51,600 bases of DNA, from positions 56,464-108,063 of the forward strand of contig JBBAPZ010000011.1 in assembly GCA_040400605.1 (NCBI GenBank). The letters are read 5' to 3'. The position numbers and the translations under genes were made by a program. Source of the DNA: Candidatus Sericytochromatia bacterium (GTDB lineage Bacteria > Cyanobacteriota > Sericytochromatia > S15B-MN24 > JAQBPE01). The notes beneath the pieces were generated by a model. It was given only the letters and a program-made list of their open reading frames with translations, did not search any database and had not been told where the DNA came from. Below, in pieces: positions 46,425-51,600 of this stretch; within the stretch, counting starts at the first letter, position 1; the number at the start of each line of letters is the position of its first letter.

Positions 46425-48191
46425 TCAAGGCGATTTTTTCGGGTTTGGGTCGGGTGAGGGGCGAATGCCGAAGTGGTGTTCCAGGATTTTGCGCGCGATC
46501 GGTGCGGCGATCGCACCACCATGGCCCGCGGCTTCAGCAAAAACGATCACTGCCACGGTTGGGTGCTTCGTGGGGCCATAACACACGAACCACGAGTGGG
46601 TCTTACGCTTGCCGCTTTCCGCGGATCCCGTCTTGCCTGCAATCGCGATGCCCGGCAGATCCACCACCGTCGCGGTTCCGCCCGTCACCACCTTGCGCAA
46701 CCCTTGGCTCACCACCTCCACGTGTTGCGGTTTCCACACGGATTGCTTTCGAATGCGGATGCCTGACTTGTCATCCACCAGTCGCGGCACCAGGACACGG
46801 CCACCATTGGCGATCGCACTGACCATGACTGCCGCTTGCAAGGGCGTCACATTAACGGCGCCCTGCCCGATTGCCATATTGGCGGAATCACCCGGCCACC
46901 AACCATCGCGAAACACCCGGCGCTTCCAGGCGGGATCCGGAATCAGCCCCGCACTTTCAGGGTCGAGCTTGAGTTCGGTTGGCTCGCCAAGGCCCATTTC
47001 ACGCGCATACCGGCTCATGATCTCGCCACCCATTTCAACCCCGAGTTGGTAATAAACCGTGTCAATCGACCACTCCAGGCTTTGTGCGAGGTTCACGCGA
47101 CCAAACCCGGGTGCATGCCAATCGTGAAAAACTCGATTACCGACCCGCAGCGACCCGGTGGACAAAAAGCTGCGCTGGGCGGTTGTCCGACCGCTTTCGA
47201 GCGCGGCAAGCGCCATGGGAATCTTGAAGATTGACCCCGGTGGATACGCAGACAGGGCCCGGTTGACAAAGGGATGGTCTGCCCGGGTCAACGCTTGCCA
47301 CTCGTGGGCTTTGAGTTTGCGTGAAAACAAGTTTGGATTGAAAGCCGGTCGGCTCGCCATCGCCAGAATTTCCCCATTTTGCGGGTTCATCACGACGATC
47401 GCCCCCGCCAATCTCTGCTCGTCCAAGGCCTTCTCCGCTACCATCTGCAGTTGCAGATCCAAGAACAGTTGCATGTTTTCCCCGTGCCTCGCCGTACGGC
47501 TGCCAAGAATCTGAATGGGTCTGCCGCGTGCATCCACTTCGACTTGCTGCGCCCCATCTATCCCGCGTAAACGGGCATCATACAGGCGTTCAAGACCACT
47601 CTTGCCAATCACCGTACCGGTGCGATACTGTTCAGGATTGAGGCGTTGGCGTTCTTTTTCCGTGATTTCACCGGTGTAGCCGATCACGTGCGCGGCCACC
47701 TGATTATTCGGATAATACCGAATGATATCCGGCTCGATGGCGACACCGGGCAATTCGGCCAAGTGTTCGCTCACCACGGCGATTGCCCGTGGATCCATAT
47801 CACCCAGCAACTTGATCCGATGTGGGCTGCGATGACCCGCGCGTTCAACCCCTCTGCGCCGCTCGTTCAAGTCAACCTTCAGCAGTTTTTCCAGCCGCAA
47901 AAATACCTGGTCGATGCGATCCTTCGGCATCTTGATCGGATAAAGGGTCAGGCTGTAAGACAAACGATTGGCCGCCAGGATGCGTCCTTTGCGATCCGAC
48001 ACGATGCCGCGCGGCGCAGCCTGCAAGATGATTCGGACCCGGTTGCCTTCCGCTTGCTGCGCAAACCTGGCACCTTGATACAACTGCAGATAAGCCAGCC
48101 GGAAGGTCAGCGTCAGACACAAACTGACGGCCACGCCGAACATCAGCCAGCCGCGGTACTCCCGCTCCGCATCATCAATCGGCTGCATCAC
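46425..48191 (-). CDS. mrdA: Penicillin-binding protein 2
   Basis: N-terminal TM helix, APRG, GKSGLE, catalytic PGSIFK, SxD, AGKTGSAE; within the mre operon. Confidence 0.93.
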   Translation of the reverse strand: MMQPIDDAEREYRGWLMFGVAVSLCLTLTFRLAYLQLYQGARFAQQAEGNRVRIILQAAPRGIVSDRKGRILAANRLSYSLTLYPIKMPKDRIDQVFLRLEKLLKVDLNERRRGVERAGHRSPHRIKLLGDMDPRAIAVVSEHLAELPGVAIEPDIIRYYPNNQVAAHVIGYTGEITEKERQRLNPEQYRTGTVIGKSGLERLYDARLRGIDGAQQVEVDARGRPIQILGSRTARHGENMQLFLDLQLQMVAEKALDEQRLAGAIVVMNPQNGEILAMASRPAFNPNLFSRKLKAHEWQALTRADHPFVNRALSAYPPGSIFKIPMALAALESGRTTAQRSFLSTGSLRVGNRVFHDWHAPGFGRVNLAQSLEWSIDTVYYQLGVEMGGEIMSRYAREMGLGEPTELKLDPESAGLIPDPAWKRRVFRDGWWPGDSANMAIGQGAVNVTPLQAAVMVSAIANGGRVLVPRLVDDKSGIRIRKQSVWKPQHVEVVSQGLRKVVTGGTATVVDLPGIAIAGKTGSAESGKRKTHSWFVCYGPTKHPTVAVIVFAEAAGHGGAIAAPIARKILEHHFGIRPSPDPNPKKSP

Positions 48192-48676
48192 GGCTGCAAC
48201 TCCCCGGGCCGCTCAAATCGTTGCAGCACCAGCCACAATCCTGCATGCACCAAACCCAGGGGCAGCGCATGGCTCATGGCCCGCTCCCACGCCCACGTGT
48301 GACCCGAAAGACGCCACAATGCGGCCAGACACAGCGCATCAACCAAAGTTGACACCACAACGAGCAGGCCCATCACCCACGGATCCAAGTGGTCGAGCGT
48401 TCGACGTGACCAACCCGTGAGCAAGCCAACCAGTGTCTTGCTCACCCCGTGGTGCAAGCCGGTCCCGCAGACCCCATCCAGCAACGCGCCCAAAGCAAGC
48501 CCGGAGCCAGCCCCGGCAAGGGGGCCCCAGTACCATCCCGCGGCGACCGCCAAAACCAGCACCGCATCCAACCGAAGCCCCAAAACCGGCACGACTGCCC
48601 AGACGGAACACTGCCAGCACACTGCCAGCAGAGCCAAACCACCCAAAAGAACCCTACGTGCTCCCTTTGTCATCAC
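48188..48676 (-). CDS. mreD: Rod shape-determining protein MreD
   Basis: Hydrophobic 162-aa protein (GLALGALLD) between mreC and mrdA, with overlapping start/stop codons. Confidence 0.82.
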   Translation of the reverse strand: MMTKGARRVLLGGLALLAVCWQCSVWAVVPVLGLRLDAVLVLAVAAGWYWGPLAGAGSGLALGALLDGVCGTGLHHGVSKTLVGLLTGWSRRTLDHLDPWVMGLLVVVSTLVDALCLAALWRLSGHTWAWERAMSHALPLGLVHAGLWLVLQRFERPGELQP

Positions 48677-49746
48677 GTCGCTCCCTGCGGTGCCTCAACT
48701 TCGGATGGTACCACCGACGGCACCAGCACGGGCGCCGCGCTTGGCGAAACCGTCGGACCGGCTGACGACCGTGACGTCGGACTCGCACCTGGCTTGGGGG
48801 CAGGCGGGCGAGACCCCGCCGTGACCGGCTTGGACGATGCCGCCTTGGGGTTGCGGGGTGGCATGCCACCTGACGCGGGCGCTGCCGCAGGTGTTGGGGT
48901 TGCCTGTGGTGTTGGGCTTGGTTTGGGCATCGGTAGGGCACGCATTCCTTTGGGCAAGATGACCACTTCTTCGAGCGTGTTAAGTTTGACGACGGGTTGC
49001 ACGCGCAACTCCGGATACAGCGAATGAGCCACCCGTTTAAGCTGGATGACATGCCCCACCAGAATTCCCTTGGGGTCGACGCCACTGAGTCCGGAGGTCA
49101 CAATGCGATCCCCCACCCGCCAGCGATCCGGGTCCATCATATACTTCAGGCTCGGCCACGCGTCATCCTGTCCCGTCATAATCGCGGTGGATCGCGTCCG
49201 TGCGTTCATGACCGGCAACGCGCTGCCCGGGTCCGTGACAAGCACCACCACCCCCGTTTGACCACTGAGCGCGGTCAAACGACCCACCACCCCGGTGCGG
49301 GCGATCGCCGTGGCAGGCGCATGCCAGGTCAGTTTCGGATTCAATGTCACCAACACCCGCTGATGCCAGTTATCCGGCGCACGTCCCACAACAGGCGCGA
49401 CTGCCGGTACCCAGGATGCATCGGGGACCCGCAGTCTCAGTAGATCCTTTAAACGTACATTCTCAAGCACTGCCTCATCCCGCGCGTTCAGCTGACGCTC
49501 AAGCAACCCCACGTGCTCCTTGAGCCGGCTGTTTTCTTCTAGCAGGCGCCGCTGGCTCCTGAATGTGTCTTGGACTGCCAACCAGCGCTTTTGGCAGTCT
49601 TGGAGCACGCTGGTAACCGGGTGCACAAGCACCGCCACCTGGATGTCTGGCTTCAAAAACCAACCAAGCCCTGTCGCAACTGCTACAAGGCTGGTGTAGC
49701 CCAATAATGGCCAGATTTTCAGGCGATGGTGTTTTCGCGCACGCAT
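48673..49746 (-). CDS. mreC: Rod shape-determining protein MreC with a Pro/Ala-rich tail
   Basis: TM helix, coiled coil (ENVRLKDLL), GVVGR, GDRIVTSGL, PKGILVG. Confidence 0.9.
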   Translation of the reverse strand: MRARKHHRLKIWPLLGYTSLVAVATGLGWFLKPDIQVAVLVHPVTSVLQDCQKRWLAVQDTFRSQRRLLEENSRLKEHVGLLERQLNARDEAVLENVRLKDLLRLRVPDASWVPAVAPVVGRAPDNWHQRVLVTLNPKLTWHAPATAIARTGVVGRLTALSGQTGVVVLVTDPGSALPVMNARTRSTAIMTGQDDAWPSLKYMMDPDRWRVGDRIVTSGLSGVDPKGILVGHVIQLKRVAHSLYPELRVQPVVKLNTLEEVVILPKGMRALPMPKPSPTPQATPTPAAAPASGGMPPRNPKAASSKPVTAGSRPPAPKPGASPTSRSSAGPTVSPSAAPVLVPSVVPSEVEAPQGAT

Positions 49747-49802
49747 GGGTTTGGCGGGTTCCTGTCAGCGTCCCAAGGAATACCGAAGTGAATGAAGGCT
49801 GT

Positions 49803-50837
49803 TTATTGGTCGATTTCGCCAAGCACGCGCCTGTGGGAGTCGAGATTCTCAATGACCCGCCCCGTTCCCAAAACCACGCATTGCAAAGGGTTCTCCGCAA
49901 TGTGAACAGGGACTTCCGTTTCGTGGCTGATCAGCTCATCCAACCCTTTGAGCATCGCACCACCCCCCGCGAGCACAATGCCGCGATCAATGATGTCCGC
50001 CGCCAATTCCGGCGGACACTTTTCCAGCGTGTCGCGCACGGCATCCACAATCTTCGCCACGGGATCAGCCAACGCCTCGCGGATCTCATGCGAACTGATC
50101 GTCACCGTCCGCGGCAAACCCGTCAACTGGTTCAACCCCCGCACATCCATCCTCACATCCGGCCCCGTCGAATACGCCGAGCCCAACTTGATCTTGATTT
50201 CCTCAGCCGTCCGCTCCCCAATGCTCAAACTGTGCACCTTGCGCAAATGATTGGACACGGCGTCCGTCAGCTCATCCCCCGCCACACGCACCGAACGGCT
50301 CGTCACAATCCCACCAAGACTGATGACCGCCACCTCCGTCGTTCCACCCCCAATATCCACAATCATCGAACCCATCGGCTCAGATACGGGCAAACCTGCC
50401 CCAATCGCCGCCGCCATCGGCTCATCAATCAAATAAGCCTCGCGCGCACCCGCACCAATCGCCGCATCCTTCAACGCCCGCCGCTCCACGGCCGTCACAC
50501 CCGACGGAATCCCAATGATCACCAACGGCTTAAAAATACCGTGACGATCCTGCACCTTGTGGTAAAAATGCTTCAGCATCGCCTCAGCGACATCAAAATC
50601 GGCAATCACACCATCCTTGAGCGGACGCACCGCACGGATATCCCCCGGCGTCCGACCAATCACCTGCTTGGCCTCTTCGCCCACCGCCCACGGCTTGTTG
50701 CGATTTCCACCCTGAATGGCCACCACGGACGGCTCGTTCAACACGACGCCGCGCCCCTTGACGAAGACCAACGTGTTCGCGGTCCCCAAATCAATGCCCA
50801 TATCCCGAGAGAAACGCCCCATCAGCGAGCTCAGCAC
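49803..50837 (-). CDS. mreB: Actin-like rod shape protein
   Basis: GIDLGTANT, NEPSVVA, EPMAAAIGAGLP, DIGGGTTE, PPELAADI, LAGGGA. Confidence 0.98.
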   Translation of the reverse strand: MLSSLMGRFSRDMGIDLGTANTLVFVKGRGVVLNEPSVVAIQGGNRNKPWAVGEEAKQVIGRTPGDIRAVRPLKDGVIADFDVAEAMLKHFYHKVQDRHGIFKPLVIIGIPSGVTAVERRALKDAAIGAGAREAYLIDEPMAAAIGAGLPVSEPMGSMIVDIGGGTTEVAVISLGGIVTSRSVRVAGDELTDAVSNHLRKVHSLSIGERTAEEIKIKLGSAYSTGPDVRMDVRGLNQLTGLPRTVTISSHEIREALADPVAKIVDAVRDTLEKCPPELAADIIDRGIVLAGGGAMLKGLDELISHETEVPVHIAENPLQCVVLGTGRVIENLDSHRRVLGEIDQ

Positions 50838-50965
50838 GGTGTTTTACTCACTTTCAAAGAATCACGGCAACCCAACCGGGCAACCATGATTGCAACCCTG
50901 ACCCCATTCGCGCCCATTATGCTCTTTCCCGATCCTAAAAGTCCAACGCGTCTATCACAAAACCG

Positions 50966-51568
50966 TCAATTCCAAATTTGCCAACCAAGCTCACGCCAGG
51001 CCGCATCCAGACGCGACAGCGGCAACCCCACCACATTGTGATAACAGCCCCGAATCTCATTAACAAAAATCGCCGCATACCCCTGAATCGCGTACGCGCC
51101 CGCTTTGTCCATCACCTCACCACTGCGCACATAGGCTTCGATCTCCTCCGCCCCGAGCGATCGCATCCGCACATCTGTCACCGCATGACCGCTCAACTGC
51201 CGGCCACTGCCAGGCTCAATCAGCGCAAACCCCGTCACCACCTGATGCCAGTTGCCCGACAAAGTCTGCAACATCCTGACGGCCGCTTCGGACGTCCCAG
51301 GCTTGCCCATCACCTGCCCATCGAGCACCACAATCGTGTCCGCACCAATGACGAGGTCAGCCCCGCTCTCCTGCAATGCGACTTCTGACGCCTTTTGATG
51401 CGCCAACCCTTCTACCAGGTCATGCGGCAATAAATCCGGCTGCAACACCTCATCCCCCAATGCCGGCACAACCGCAAACCCAAGCCCCAACTGACGCAAC
51501 AGATCAGCCCGGCGTGGCGACGCCGACGCCAACACCAACCGCGCCTCCCGCAAACTTCGCCGCACCAT
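50966..51568 (-). CDS. maf: Maf-family nucleotide pyrophosphatase (YhdE type)
   Basis: LVLASASPRR, GADTIV, GKP, DKAGAYAIQG, NVVGLP; GAGGGGGG SD. Confidence 0.95.
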   Translation of the reverse strand: MVRRSLREARLVLASASPRRADLLRQLGLGFAVVPALGDEVLQPDLLPHDLVEGLAHQKASEVALQESGADLVIGADTIVVLDGQVMGKPGTSEAAVRMLQTLSGNWHQVVTGFALIEPGSGRQLSGHAVTDVRMRSLGAEEIEAYVRSGEVMDKAGAYAIQGYAAIFVNEIRGCYHNVVGLPLSRLDAAWRELGWQIWN

Positions 51569-51600
51569 CAACCCCCCTCATCTCGCACCACGCACGTTCA

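Noticed and set aside
49707..51041. 444-aa plus-strand ORF (similar long antisense ORFs at 3133-4074, 4564-5691, 5865-6785, 25740-26675, 38656-39411)
   Set aside because: These are shadow ORFs opposite well-supported genes in GC-rich DNA, with no motifs.

Overview
Mostly core-genome DNA from a free-living bacterium. The cyanobacterial-style PilT and SigF, together with Firmicutes-like gene orders and no photosynthesis genes in the window, suggest a non-photosynthetic Cyanobacteriota relative such as Sericytochromatia or Vampirovibrionia. This is inference, not a database result. Contents in order: a partial Gly/Tyr tandem-repeat protein missed by the ORF track; rpsF-ssb-rpsR with a sigma70 promoter and S6:S18 leader; pheST; a Roadblock-pilB-pilT-pilC-sigF type IV pilus locus; TPR, GH1 and hypothetical genes; a biotin carboxylase-BCCP-HMG-CoA lyase trio; metH; two lipoproteins; proline dehydrogenase; PilZ; comM; GNAT; a BON protein; a poly-C-frameshifted Pro/Gly/Tyr-rich protein; icd; carboxyltransferase plus epsilon subunit; a HEAT-like protein; a dead-NlpC/P60 + GH19 fusion; surE; BCAM0308; a CNNM/CorC protein; and maf-mreBCD-mrdA-minCDE-rodA. 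I found no tRNA, rRNA, CRISPR array or mobile element. The best candidate for an undescribed system is a set of four dispersed, otherwise unrelated, effector-like proteins. They lack Sec signal peptides but share an N-terminal architecture (MT/MS start, Ala/Pro/Ser linker, then a xxDx[F/I]x[R/K/N] motif) and AT-rich TTAA elements upstream, which suggests a dedicated export signal and regulon.
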